Shown piece after piece: positions 15,397 through 27,100 of a stretch of DNA of 64,000 nt; position 1 is the first letter of the stretch; each line of letters opens with the position of its first letter. Source of the stretch: Octopus sinensis. Its lineage: Eukaryota. The stretch is taken from NCBI RefSeq assembly GCF_006345805.1, contig NC_043009.1:2604001-2668000 (forward strand). Direction: 5' to 3'. A program made the translations under genes and the position numbers. A model generated the notes under the pieces. That model did not search any database. It was not told the origin of the DNA and saw only the letters and a list, made by a program, of their open reading frames with translations.

Positions 15397-18300
15397 GAGA
15401 CTTATTCATGGAAAGTAACCTTCAGTTATTGTATGCATTTGGAAGTGGTCAATTCTTAAGTATGCTCAGATAGAGTCTGGCTTCTATGTCAATTGTTGCA
15501 CTTATCTTGGGATGATGTCTATTAATGACTAACTATTTTTACCTGAAAGTTTGTTTGTAAAAGACACCTGATAGTCTGTGTTTGATGATCGAATAAAACA
15601 AGGCCTCTTATTAAACAAATTTACACTAACCGCCACAAACCAGCCCTAATTAATGATACATACTGTCATTTAGTTTCTTCGGAATTAAAATATTGTAGTT
15701 CTTTCCCTTGCACTTCATAGCGAAAATTGTCATTAATACGAATTAATTATTAATTACTTACTGGTGTAACTAGATTTGATTAAAACACCATTTTATTTCC
15801 AATACTTATACTTGTTGTTTCACAAAAGCATAAGGAATCAGTGAGATATATTCTAATATCACAGAGAAGAAACTCTTTTTTTCCAGATACGGAAAACAAC
15901 CCTGGAAAACATATAATTCCTCATATTTTAACTTAGGAGGGATTCAATTCAGGGTTGAACTAACCACAAGCCATAACATAACGCTACAGTTGCTTGCAGT
16001 CATAAATTAAAGGGACGATAATTTATATTTAGCGATCGGCCTATTGCGATTTATTGATGTAAAATATTTTGGCTGTAAAACTAACACAAGTATGGTGATA
16101 GGGTGATAACCTCCATTTGCCCGATATTCTTTGCTTGGAATATTCGCACATTCCATTTACAAACTAGCGGCAATGTGGCAGATAAATGGTAGCGACCGTT
16201 CTTGTACTAGAATCATATTTAATTTATCTACGATGCACAGAAACACTCTTTTCTAATTTGTTGACTGAATGATAACATGCCCCTTAAATATTTAATATTT
16301 AATTAATAGTTTTCTTTTTTTATATTATTCAAATATTTAAAATGCAGGTTCTTTTTTGTTTTATTAAAAAAAGATTAATTTTCTCAAAGTCACTGATGGA
16401 TGAAGTAATCTGCACATGGGCTGGACAAAGAAATGGGGAAAATACTGCACTAAACGGCATTCGAATGCACTCCGTCTCCTACTCTCCACGATCCTCTTAA
16501 GAAAACGATATTGATTTTTTTTCTTAGGCAGTGAAAATACATTTTAAATCGATTTAAATTATCCTCGATTGAAATAATCTATAAAACTTTAAAACATTTT
16601 TGGGTAAACACCAAAAGCTGCATCGATTTTAGCGCATCGATAATTCAACCTGGTTGTGGCTATTTCTTATTTAGGCTAATAATTATTACACAAGGATTAA
16701 ACGAATCGCATCCTACCTTCTCTCAAATTTAGTTTTCTGAGGCGTTAAGAAAATTCTGTCTCTCGTTCCTAGCCTTAAACTATTGGCACTCTCATTTGTC
16801 ACTTTTATATTTGTTGCAAAGGATCAATATTTTAAGGGGGTGGGTGATTTGCAGCGAGTGAGTCATATGTACGGTTAAAAGTACATTAGAGTTACAAGAG
16901 TAAAATATATCATGAAAACACGGGGACAGCTGCCGTGTATGAATGAATTATTTTGTGCTGAAAGCTTTCTCTGCCCAAGGCACTATGCGCCACTGAGCCA
17001 ATGCTATCCATACCTGTGATACTACATACCAGCTGTACCCAAAATAAATTGCAAAGCCACTAAAAATATGATAGGGAATAAATTAAAAGCTTCTCTACTG
17101 TTCTATAATTTCATATTGCTTCCACGTTTTGGCACAAGTCCAGCAATCTTGGGAGAGTGGGTAATTTAATTACACCGACCCCAATCATCAACAGGTACTT
17201 ATTTTATTGACCGCGAAATGGTGAAAGACAAAGTCGATCTTGGCGAATCTTGAGCACAGAACGTAAAGGCCTTGTTCCATATCTCGTATTAAATTACATT
17301 GTTATGAATACACACTGCTTAATTGTATAGCAAAGGGGATACATATTGTTATAAGTTTATCCTTCTCTCTATGATTATAGCGAAGATAATTCTCGGAAAT
17401 ACCTGACACTTTAAATGATTTCCAGATCGCACAGTATTTATACACCAGCTTGTACATATAACCTGTTATATGATTGTACTGAAACAACTAGATCTCATCT
17501 AGATAATATACATTTTATAATGCCTATACAAATGGTCAAATGCAATATTGTGACGTAGATGTTTTATTTATAGGTAATAGCGATGTTAACAATTCTAGCA
17601 AATATATAATTGTTTGAATAAGTGAATATTCTCAACACAGGCTGTTAACCACTATATGTAATACAACTCGTATTCATTTTAACCGTCTTGAATCGGGGTA
17701 ACAACAGAGAATCGTACTTTTACGTGTTGTATTGAGATTAAGCCAACTTTCAGAAACTTATCTGAGCACTGCCTACAGATGAAACGACAAATAAGATTAA
17801 TTTGTAATAAATTGCCTCTTTGAGAATTTAGAAATAACATTGTCGATGATTTGATTCATAAGTACCGGGAGCCATCTCTTTGCCATAACAATATACTATT
17901 ATTTAAATAGAGAAAATAAAATATCAAACAATACAGTCAGTCGTAACTTGTGACAGAATATGTTTTGCTAATGTGCAATGTACTTTCATTAATTGTTTTA
18001 GGAGTCTCTGTCGTAGCGACCAGATATAGACACTTTCAACATGTCCCAAATTTGAGATAGACGAGCATCCAACATGCGAAAACACAGGGCCGCCCCAAAA
18101 CAATAGGATGCGCCCCCATAGAAACGATCTATGAAAATGTTAGTATGTGATGTTTCATGCGCTCTTGTTTCCAGTTGAATGATATAATATTTTTCTTGTT
18201 TCGGCAAACTATAATTGTGCATCTCAGAATTGTCTTTTGGTTCCATTATTTAAATCTTGTGTGTTTCCCTGACTAATAAATATGTAATGGCAAACCATCA

Positions 18301-18975
18301 TACAATTCTCACCTGACATCAGCTTTAATTAAGGCCGCGGGTCATTTTGTGACAATCGATTTAATTCATTTCCGATAAATTCACCTGCAACATAGAATTC
18401 AATTTCCTACTTCAACCAAGTGCAAGGGAATTTACCACTTGTTCGGTGTTTAAATTTGTATTTTAGGGTGCTTGTTTCGAATTATTACGGTACATCAATA
18501 TTTGTTAACTATGAATTTTCAATGCAATAATATTCCTTATATAAGAAAAGAGAAACAAAAACACGACAATTTATACATTGCTCGATGATGTGGCAGCCAT
18601 CTGTATGTTTGTTCGTTCATATCACTCGTACACCACGCCCTCACAAACAAAAAGACAAGGAAAGAGATAGAACATTTGAGTGACTTGAAAAAAATATATT
18701 AAAAGCTAAAGGTAAATAAATTCAAATGCATTGGGGAAAGAAGGTGGTTAATTTGCAGTCGGAAACTCTGAGTTCGTTCCCACTATCTGATAGCGTGAAG
18801 AAGTCTAAGGAATCTATTTTTCCTTAATTTTGAAATGGTGATTGATTTTCACTAGATTGAATAACTGAAAACTATGCGGAAACTTGCCTTCTAATTGCAT
18901 TTGTATGTTGCTATATATGTACATGATACTCGTTTGTATACACATGCGCGCGCCCACACAGATACACACATATAT

Positions 18976-19366
18976 TGTTATCAGAATGCATTTTTCCAAA
19001 TCATAATATTGTAATGATTGAGTTTTAGTTATTCTCGACAAAATAAAAAGTACCTCCCTTTTGGTTTCAGCGTCTCGGTTCGGACGAATTTCAAATTTTG
19101 AGAAACGCCGGCATTTGAAAAGAAAATACGACCGTCATCTTCGACATTGAACTCTCTGTTATGAAGAACTCACTTCTTAAATTTATACATCTTGGACTCA
19201 TGACACTGGTGACTATTTTACCTTGAGTAATATTTGGCTATTGAACCAATTATTTCTGTACTGCCATTACTGTAAACGTTTACCATGTTTCTCATTACAT
19301 AACTGAATCGTACAGATCTGCTCGCTTTACTCGCTGGTTTCAAGCGGGGACTGTTTACTCGTAACA
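18976..19366 (+). repeat. 5' LTR (391 bp)
   Basis: Colinear homology with 23071-23486 (e.g. tcataatattgtaatgattgagttttagttattctc; tcttcgacattgaactctctgt); starts tgtta, ends gtaaca. Confidence 0.9.
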
Positions 19367-19370
19367 AAAA

Positions 19371-19388
19371 TGTGGGGCTCGTCCGTGA
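19371..19388 (+). promoter_or_regulatory. Primer-binding site, tRNA-Pro type
   Basis: tgtggggctcgtccgtga follows the 5' LTR and resembles TGGGGGCTCGTCCGGGAT, the complement of the tRNA-Pro 3' end. Confidence 0.75.
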
Positions 19389-19899
19389 TAGAATTCATTC
19401 CTAATTTCGAGACATTTTGTAAAATAATAAAACAAAAAAAAAGCCAATCTGTTTCAAATTGCTGCATTTTTCTTTTAGCAGACAAGTTACCTGTGAAACC
19501 AGCAAATATGGCGTTTAAAGTCGGTCTCTTTTGCAAATCAGATTTATGGGAATGTCTGCACATTTCAGATTTGAGGCCAAGCCTACTATGAGGAAATTTT
19601 AGATTTTGAAAATTGTTTTAAATCACTTCGTTGATGAGGGAGTTTTCGGACATGATGTTTTGGAGATGGGAAAGGAAGAATCTTCAGAAGATTTGGAAAT
19701 GAAAAATGTTGAAGTTCAAACACAATTGAAAAGACTTCGACAAAGGGTAGTAACCCTTCAGGTCATCTTAATAAGTCTGTTATTGTATCAGGTGGTGATC
19801 ACATTCTTTCTAGAGAGCAGCTTATAAGTGCGCCGGGTGGGGAGTTGTAGGAGTTAGCTAATAATGCTGTTTCTTTTGAGGAGTTTAGCAAAGTTCCAG

Positions 19900-20980
19900 T
19901 CTTTAAGGATGGTGTTCTGATGAAGAAATGTAGGCCGCCGGACATTCCTGCGGGGGATGAATGGAAATGTTATCATCAAATTGAGGTACCAAAATTGTTA
20001 TGCAGTCATGTACTTTCATTGGCACAGGAAAATCCCGTTGAAGGTTATTTAGATGTAAACAAAACTTGTGAGAAAATTTTGGCACGTTTTGGCGTAGTTT
20101 GAGACAAGATGTGGCTGAATTTTCTAAAGCCTATCATGCATGCCAAATTGTTGGAAAACGAAACCAGTAACATATACCGGCTTTTGGGGAACCATTCAGT
20201 CGAGTTATCATTGATTGTGTTGGTCCACTACCTAACACTAAGTCTGTTAATCAGTATCTTCTCACTATTATGTGTGCTTCCACCAGATTTCCTGAAACTA
20301 TTCAACTTCTTAGGATTGTCAATATTGTGATTGACAAGGCTTTGATCAAGTTTTTTTTTAATTCGGTTGGTTTGCCAAATGTTGTTCAATCTGATCGGGG
20401 CTCAAATTTCATTTCTAAGGCGTTTCAACAAGGTATGTATCAGTTGGGTATTGAGCAGGTTAACTTAGCTGCTTATCATCCTGAGACACAGGGAGATTTA
20501 GAGAGATTTCCTCAAATCTTGGAAATTATGATCAAGACTTATTGCTTTGACGCAGAGAAACATTGGAATGAGGGTGTGTATCTGTTGCTGTTTGCTGTCA
20601 GGGAATCAGTTCGGGAGAGGTTAGGGTTCAGTCCCTTTGAGTCTGTATTTAGTAATAGTGCGCCTGGGCCATTAACACATCTAAAAGAGCAATGGCTTTT
20701 TGCGATCGTGGGTTCAATCTTTTGGACTATGTTTCTACATTTCGGAATAGACTTTCGAATGCATGTGAGTTGGCCAGACAAAATTTGAAAGCTTCACAAG
20801 CAAAGATGAAACAAAGTTATGACAAAAAGTCAATGTAAGATGTTTCATTCCTGATAACAAAGTGTTAGTTTTACTTCCCATTCCTGGACAACCTCTGATA
20901 GTCAGATTTCAGGGTCCATATCCCGTTGTAAAAATTTAGCGACACAGGCTATGTTGTCCTGACTCCTGGACGTCATAAGT
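19900..20980 (+). pseudogene. Integrase (zinc-binding region and rve core), disrupted
   Basis: GVLMKKCRPPDIPAGDEWKCYHQIEVP...LAQENPVEGYLDVNKT; VVQSDRGSNF...YHPETQGDLERF...LLLFAVRE...GFSPFE; stops and frameshifts. Confidence 0.9.
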
Positions 20981-21334
20981 AAAAAAAAAAAGCTGTGTCA
21001 TGTAAGCATGATTAAGTCATACTGTGACATGGTAGAAACCAGACAAGTCTCTTGTATTGAAACGCTCTCCCCAGTTCCCAATTGTAGAGCGAAGTTGATC
21101 ATATTGACAATCGTGATGATGATGCTAGCAATGTGACGTTTGATGACCTTAGTGATAATGTGTCACCTAAACTAAGAAATCCTGAAGTGTTATCTCACCT
21201 TGATGAGAAATTGTCACTTTAATCCCTTGAGCAGAAAACTCAATTGTCAGATTTGATTCATGTATTCTCTCATTTATCTCCTGATGTGCCTGGCGGAACT
21301 GACATCGTTAGCCATGATATATGTGTAGGTGATG

Positions 21335-22030
21335 CGGTGATTGTTAAAACAACATCCGTATCGTATGGATCTTATGAAAAGTAAAACGCTGCGGAAAGAA
21401 GTGAAATCTGTGCTTGACAATGATATCATCCAACCCAGTAGAGTTCTCCTGATGCACTTGTGCCGAAGAGTTGAAGAGGTGGTGTGTGATACTGTGCCTA
21501 CATGAAAGCCGTGAATACGCTCTCAAGAACTGATTCTTATTCAATCCTCAGAGTAGACGATTGCCCTGATTATATTCGCCAACCTCAATACATAAGTAAG
21601 TTTGATTTATAGAAGAGCTTCTAGCAGATTCCACTCACAGAACGTGCGAAGGACATATCTGCTTTTGCTACACCAGGCGCACTCTACCAGTACAAAGCGA
21701 TGCTATTCGGTCTGAAGAACGCTCCAGCAACGTTCCAGAGACTCATCAACAACGACACATCCGGTCTTCATGTGTCGAAGCCTACATGAATGATGTCATC
21801 ACTTATACCATGGAGTGGGAAGACAATTTGAAGAGATTTCGTGCTTTCTTCGAAAGACTGCCTGAAGCAAAATTAACTGTGAATCTTGGGAAGGCACAAA
21901 TTGTAATTTTAGAGCATGTTGTAGGCCTCGGTCAGGTTCAGCCAGTTGATGCTAAAGTTTAGGATTTGTACTGTTTCCAGTAACTCATTCTAAGCGAGAG
22001 CTTATATGATTCTTGGGAATGGCAGGCTAT
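21335..22030 (+). pseudogene. Reverse transcriptase, disrupted
   Basis: KQHPYRM...LRKEV; SKFDL*KSF*QIPLTERAKDISAFATPGALYQYKAMLFGLKNAPATFQRLIN; YMND at the YxDD position. Confidence 0.9.
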
Positions 22031-22036
22031 TAAAGG

Positions 22037-22922
22037 ATGTTTTGTCAAAATTTCGCTGATGTGGTATTGACGCTTACCAACCTTTTGTGTAAAAGGGTAG
22101 AATTTCAGTGGGATAGAAGTTGTCAGACTGCATTTGAAAGCGCGAAAGTCATTCTCAGGAATTTTCCAGTATTGCAGGCACCATATTTTGAGAAACCATT
22201 TAAATTACAAATTGATGCAAGCGACGCAGGTACTGGTGGTGTTGATGTTGCTGTTGCTGTTAAGCGAACTGTCTTCGTCCCTGTAGTGGGAGAAGTCCGA
22301 AACGTGGTCCTTTGCTATTCGTAAGACCCGCAGAATAGAAAGCAGGTCAACCCCCGACACCGAGAGCATCGACGGATGGATGAGTGCGCATCCAGGCTGC
22401 GTAGGAAGTCGGGGACAAGAAACAGGAAGAAAGAGTGAGAGGAAGTTGGGGCGAAAGAGTACAACAGGGGTCGCCACCACCCCCTGCCGGAGCCTCGTGG
22501 AGCTTTAGGTGTTTTCGCTCAATAAACACACACAACGCCCTGTCTGGGAATCGAAACCGTGATCCTCCGACCGCGAGTCCGCTGCTCTAACCATTGGGCC
22601 ATTGCGCTTCCACTGCTGGTGGTGTTCTGATGCAAGAGGATGCTTCAGGAATTGATCATCCAGTTTGTTATTCTTCGAAGAAGTTCGACAAACATCAGAG
22701 GAATTATTCTACCACCAAGAAAGATACGTTAGATCTTTTGTTAGCTTTACAGCATTTCGAAATGTATCTTGGTATCACTGCATCTTCAATCATTTCATTT
22801 TTTCTTTTCACAAAATAAGAACAAATATCAAAGACTTTTTGACTTAGCAAGGGTTCAATCTTGTGATAAGGCATATCAAGGGCAAAGACAATGGTTGCGC
22901 TGATGCTCTTCCTAGATTGCTA
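22037..22922 (+). pseudogene. RT connection and RNase H, split by a SINE insertion
   Basis: FQWDRSCQTAF...PFKLQIDASDAGTGGV | LMQEDASGIDHPVCYSSKKFDKHQRNYST...IRHIKGKDNGCADALPR*. Confidence 0.9.
22244..22615 (-). mobile_element. tRNA-Arg-like SINE (family C head and body) with an atypical 3' tail; 11-bp TSD
   Basis: Minus strand begins gtggaagcgcaatggcccaatggttagagcagcggactcgcgg...gtttcgattccc; ends in caacagcaac repeats; TSD ctggtggtgtt at 22233-22243 and 22616-22626. Confidence 0.88.
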
Positions 22923-23058
22923 AATTCAGAATATAGATTTGCCTGATGCTGTATGATGTATCTGCATTGTATTTAATACTTGTGTGTTATGCTTATAACG
23001 CTAATTGTGTTATCATTACTATTGTAACAGAACGTTTCTGTGAACATTTCATTTCCTT

Positions 23059-23070
23059 AAGAGGGGAGAG
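23059..23070 (+). promoter_or_regulatory. Polypurine tract
   Basis: aagaggggagag directly before the 3' LTR start. Confidence 0.85.
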
Positions 23071-23486
23071 TGTTATGAGAATGTATTTTTCTTAATCATA
23101 ATATTGTAATGATTGAGTTTTAGTTATTCTCAGGAAAATAAAAGTAGTTACCTCCCCTCTTGCTTCGATTGGCTCGGCTCGGAGAAATTCCAAAGTTTGA
23201 GAAACGGCGTTTGAGAAGGAATTACGCCCGTTATCTTCGACATTGAACTCTCTGTAATCAAGAACTCACGCCTTCAATTTATACTTTTTGGATTTATGAC
23301 TCTAGATACAACCTTACCATGACCGAAATTTGGCTATTGACTCAAGAATTTTGCAACAACACTGTACTGCCATTATTGTAAATTTCCACCATATTTCTCA
23401 ATATATAACTGACTCTTCCAGCCCTGTTTGTTTTACTTGCTGGTCTCGAGCGGGAACTGTTTCCTTGTCATGCAGTAACCGTAACA
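23071..23486 (+). repeat. 3' LTR (416 bp)
   Basis: Homologous to 18976-19366; tgtta...gtaaca. Confidence 0.9.
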
Positions 23487-23511
23487 ATACACAAACACAC
23501 ACACACACACA

Positions 23512-23552
<41 letters not shown>

Positions 23553-23840
23553 TTTCAACAATTGAGGGTAAAATTAATTAATTAATTAATCAATTTCACC
23601 AAGTATTCAGTATGCAAAGGGACCATTTAAGGCGAATTCAAATTATTACATTATATAAAAGGGCTTAGTAAAATAAATTACTTTGCCGCATACTGAACTC
23701 GTTAGAAATAGCAGCTAAAAAAACTTTTTATAAAACTATTTCTAACACTTAAAGAAAACCTCTCTCATATAGTGTTTGCTCAATTCAACTCAAGGAAGTA
23801 TGGGGGTAGAGACATTAAAAAATCAAATGCAAAGGTTATT

Positions 23841-23893
23841 TGAGTACGTACGTTTCAAGATTAGTCAAAATCGACCCTTCTCTCATCAGCTCA
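23841..23893 (-). ncRNA. Minimal type I hammerhead ribozyme, copy 1
   Basis: Reverse complement of the copies at 24467 and 25027. Confidence 0.8.
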
Positions 23894-24466
23894 GAATGCC
23901 CTTGTTTGAATCTGAAAACACTGAAAATGGGAGCATACCCTTTCGGCTTGTTATCGCTTCTGAAGATCTGTTCCAAACTAACAGTGCCAACAAACTCAAA
24001 TATGCAAGCGAAGAATTTCTGCTCTCCCCTTTCCACCAGCGTGGGTTAAAATCAGCAAACACTATGTTTTTTTCGGTAAAATCCGAGACATTAAGTAGAG
24101 AGAGATGAATTATAATTTCAACAATTGAGGGTAAAATTAATTAATTAATTAATCAATTTCACCGAGTATTCAGTATGCAAAGGGACCATTTAAGGCGAAT
24201 TCAAATTATTACATTATATAAAAGGGCTTAGTAAAATAAATTACTTTGCCGCATACTGAACTCGTTAGAAATAGCAGCTAAAAAAACTTTTTATAAAACT
24301 ATTTCTAACACTTAAAGAAAACCTCTCTCAGGGGAGAGCAGAAATTCTTCGCTTGCATATTTGAGTTTGTTGGCACTGTTAGTTTGGAACAGATCTTCAG
24401 AAGCGATAACAAGCCGAAAGGGTATGCTCCCATTTTCAGTGTTTTCAGATTCAAACAAGGGCATTC

Positions 24467-24519
24467 TGAGCTGATGAGAGAAGGGTCGATTTTGACTAAT
24501 CTTGAAACGTACGTACTCA
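24467..24519 (+). ncRNA. Minimal type I hammerhead ribozyme, copy 2
   Basis: tgag-CTGATGA-gaga(agggtcgattttgactaa)tctt-GAAA-c-gtac-g-TA-ctca. Stem I tgag/ctca, stem II gaga/tctt with inner gtc/gac, 2-bp stem III with a GUAC loop, GUA cleavage triplet (cut after 24515). Confidence 0.82.
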
Positions 24520-25026
24520 AATAACCTTTGCATTTGATTTTTTAATGTCTCTACCCCCATACTTCCTTGAGTTGAATTGAGCAAACACTATATGAGAGAG
24601 GTTTTCTTTAAGTGTTAGAAATAGTTTTATAAAAAGTTTTTTAGCTGCTATTTCTAACGAGTTCAGTATGCGGCAAAGTAATTTATTTTACTAAGCCCTT
24701 TTATATAAGTAATTAATTTGAATTCGCCTTAAATGGTCCTTTGCATACTGAATACTTGGTGAAATTGATTAATTAATTAATTAATTTACCCTCAATTGTT
24801 GAAATTATAATTCATCTCTCTCTACTTAATATCTCGGATTTTACCGAAAAAACATAGTGTTTGCTGATTTTAGCCCACGCTGGTGGAAAGGGGAGAGCAG
24901 TAATTCTTCGCTTGCATATTTGAGTTTTGTTGGCACTGTTAGTTTGGAACAGATCTTCAGAAGCGATAACAAGCCGAAAGGGTATGCTCCCATTTTCAGT
25001 GTTTTCAGATTCAAACAAGGGCATTC

Positions 25027-25079
25027 TGAGCTGATGAGAGAAGGGTCGATTTTGACTAATCTTGAAACGTACGTACTCA
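25027..25079 (+). ncRNA. Minimal type I hammerhead ribozyme, copy 3
   Basis: Same sequence as copy 2; predicted cut after 25075. Confidence 0.82.
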
Positions 25080-25259
25080 AATAACCTTTGCATTTGATTT
25101 TTAATGTCTCTACCCCATACTTCCTTGAGTTATTGAATTGAGCAAACACTATATGAGAGAGTTTTCTTTAAGTGTTAGAAATAGTTTTATAAAAAGTTTT
25201 TTAGCTGCTATTTCTAACGAGTTCAGTATGCGGCAAAGTAATTATTTACTAAGCCCTTT

Positions 25260-25320
<61 letters not shown>

Positions 25321-26154
25321 TATATATATATATGCTAGTGTGCGCGAGCGTGTGTGTTTTTGAGAGAAAGAGAGAGGGGGTAAAATATAAACATACGAGA
25401 AAAACTGACGCTTTTGATTGTCAAATGTCTCCGCTTATGATATATATTCCGTAATCTGTAAATGTCATTCCCTTTCCCAGCTGTCAGAAATGCAGCGAGG
25501 ATTTGTATCAAACGGCGATATTTTACATAAACTGCGAAATGAAATAACATATTATGAAAGGAAAAGCCTCATGAAATAAACAGAGAAAAAATGTTGTTTC
25601 AAAACTTTATTCTCCTGCTAAAATGTGTCTTTAAAACACCCTAATTGAAGCTGGATGGTTCTCTCCTATCACCACACACACACACACACACTGTAAATAA
25701 TTTCCTTCTTCCACGGAAGAAAATTGCAAAATCCATTGCAAAACCAAGACAGTGAGTCTTTATCTCGTTCGCCTGAACAATTGCTGAAAATATTAGCCCA
25801 ATCATCGTGAAATTATCTTCTACAATTTTGTCACAGAAGGACAGCAATATATGATATTGTTCTCATTGCGCGGTGATGGAGCTAATGACATGAGGGCCAT
25901 GAAAGGAACGTCGTTAATGACAGGTCTGGAAATTTCCTGTTGAACAAGTTCTTTCTAAAGTAAATACAGGATTTCTCGTCCGATGCAATAACTAACTGTT
26001 GAAATACGAAAAGTAATATTAAGCTTTGATGTGTCGTGGGAGAGATATGACGCCAATAGCAATAACAGTGACGTTATGACGCTCTCAAATATAACAAATT
26101 TGTTTTAAGACGTATTGGAAATCAAATACGAAAGGGATATCCTATTACAGTACA

Positions 26155-27100
26155 GCGGAGCTGGTAGAATCATTAGCACACCGGGCTAAATGCTTAGCGG
26201 TATTTCGTCTGTCGTTACGTTCTGAGTTCAAATTCAACCGAGCTCGACTTTGCCTTTCATCCTTTCAAGGCGGCGAGCTGGTAGAATCGTTAGCACCCCG
26301 AGTGAAATGTTTTGCGGTATTTCGTCTGTCTTTACGTTCTGAGTTCAAATTCCGCCGAGTTCTACTTTGCCTTTCATTCTTTCAAGCCGGCGAGCTGGCA
26401 GAAACGTTAGCACGCCGGGCGAAATTCATAGCCGTATTTCGTCTGTCGTTACGTTTTGAGTTCAAATTCCGCCGAGGTCGACTTTGCCTTTCATCCTTTC
26501 GGGGTCGATTAAATAAGTACCAGTTACGCACTGGGATCGATATAATCGACTTAATCCGTTCGTCTGTCCTTGTTTGTCCTCTCTGTGTTTAGCCCCTTGT
26601 GGGTAGTAAAGAAATAGGTATTTCGTCTGTCGTTACGTGCTGAGTTCAAATTCAACCGAGCTCGACTTTACCTTTGATCCTTTCAAGGCGGCGAGCTGGT
26701 AGAACCGTTAGCATACCGGGCGAAATGCTTAACGGTATTTCGTCTGTCTTTACGTTCTGAGTTCAAATTCCGCCGGGTTCTACTTTGCCTTTCATTCTTT
26801 CTATGTCTATAAATTAAATACAAGTTGCGTACTGGGGTCGATGTAATCGATTCTCCCCCTTCTCACCCCCAAATTTCGAGCCTTGTGCCTAGAATAGAAA
26901 AGAATCGTTAGCACGACGGGTAAAGTATTTAGCGGTATTTCGTCCGTGTTTACATTCTGAGTTCAAATGCTGCCGAGGTCTACCTTGATTTTATAATTCA
27001 GTGTCGATATTATAAGTAACAGCTGAGAATTGGGGTTGTTGTAATCGACTGAAATACACTTCTGAAATTGCTAGCCGTGTGCTAAATTTTGCAGCCAATT
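26155..27100 (+). mobile_element. Cluster of head-to-tail SINE family A copies, with one full-length copy (26386-26616) between 185-bp direct repeats
   Basis: Repeated gagctggtagaa...gagttcaaattc...ctttcatcctttc modules; 26199-26383 duplicated at 26617-26801. Confidence 0.9.

Larger units (their letters stand above)
18976..23486 (+). mobile_element. Decayed Ty3/Gypsy LTR retrotransposon with Gmr1-type domain order (gag remnant-IN-RT-RH)
   Basis: Two homologous LTRs with TGTTA...TAACA ends, PBS, PPT, and integrase, RT and RNase H motifs in that order; probable 4-bp TSD atat/atac. Confidence 0.92.
23553..25267. mobile_element. Tandem and inverted array of a ~560-bp hammerhead-containing non-coding unit (retrozyme-like or PLE-derived), inside (TA)n
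   Basis: Unit start tttcaacaattgaggg at 23553 and 24116 (period 563); orientation flips at 24330/24331; inverted part has period 560; (TA)n on both sides. Confidence 0.85.

Noticed and set aside
22281-22315. Hammerhead-like string ctgtagt-gga(gaag)tcc-GAAAC-gtg-GTC in the atypical SINE tail (antisense)
   Set aside because: Two core mismatches and no stem I adjacent to the cleavage site. Worth rechecking only if the tail consensus differs.
23776-25149. ORFs of 66-110 aa in the 560-bp unit
   Set aside because: They occur on both strands and are broken by indels between copies, with no recognisable RT or GIY-YIG motif; treated as non-coding.
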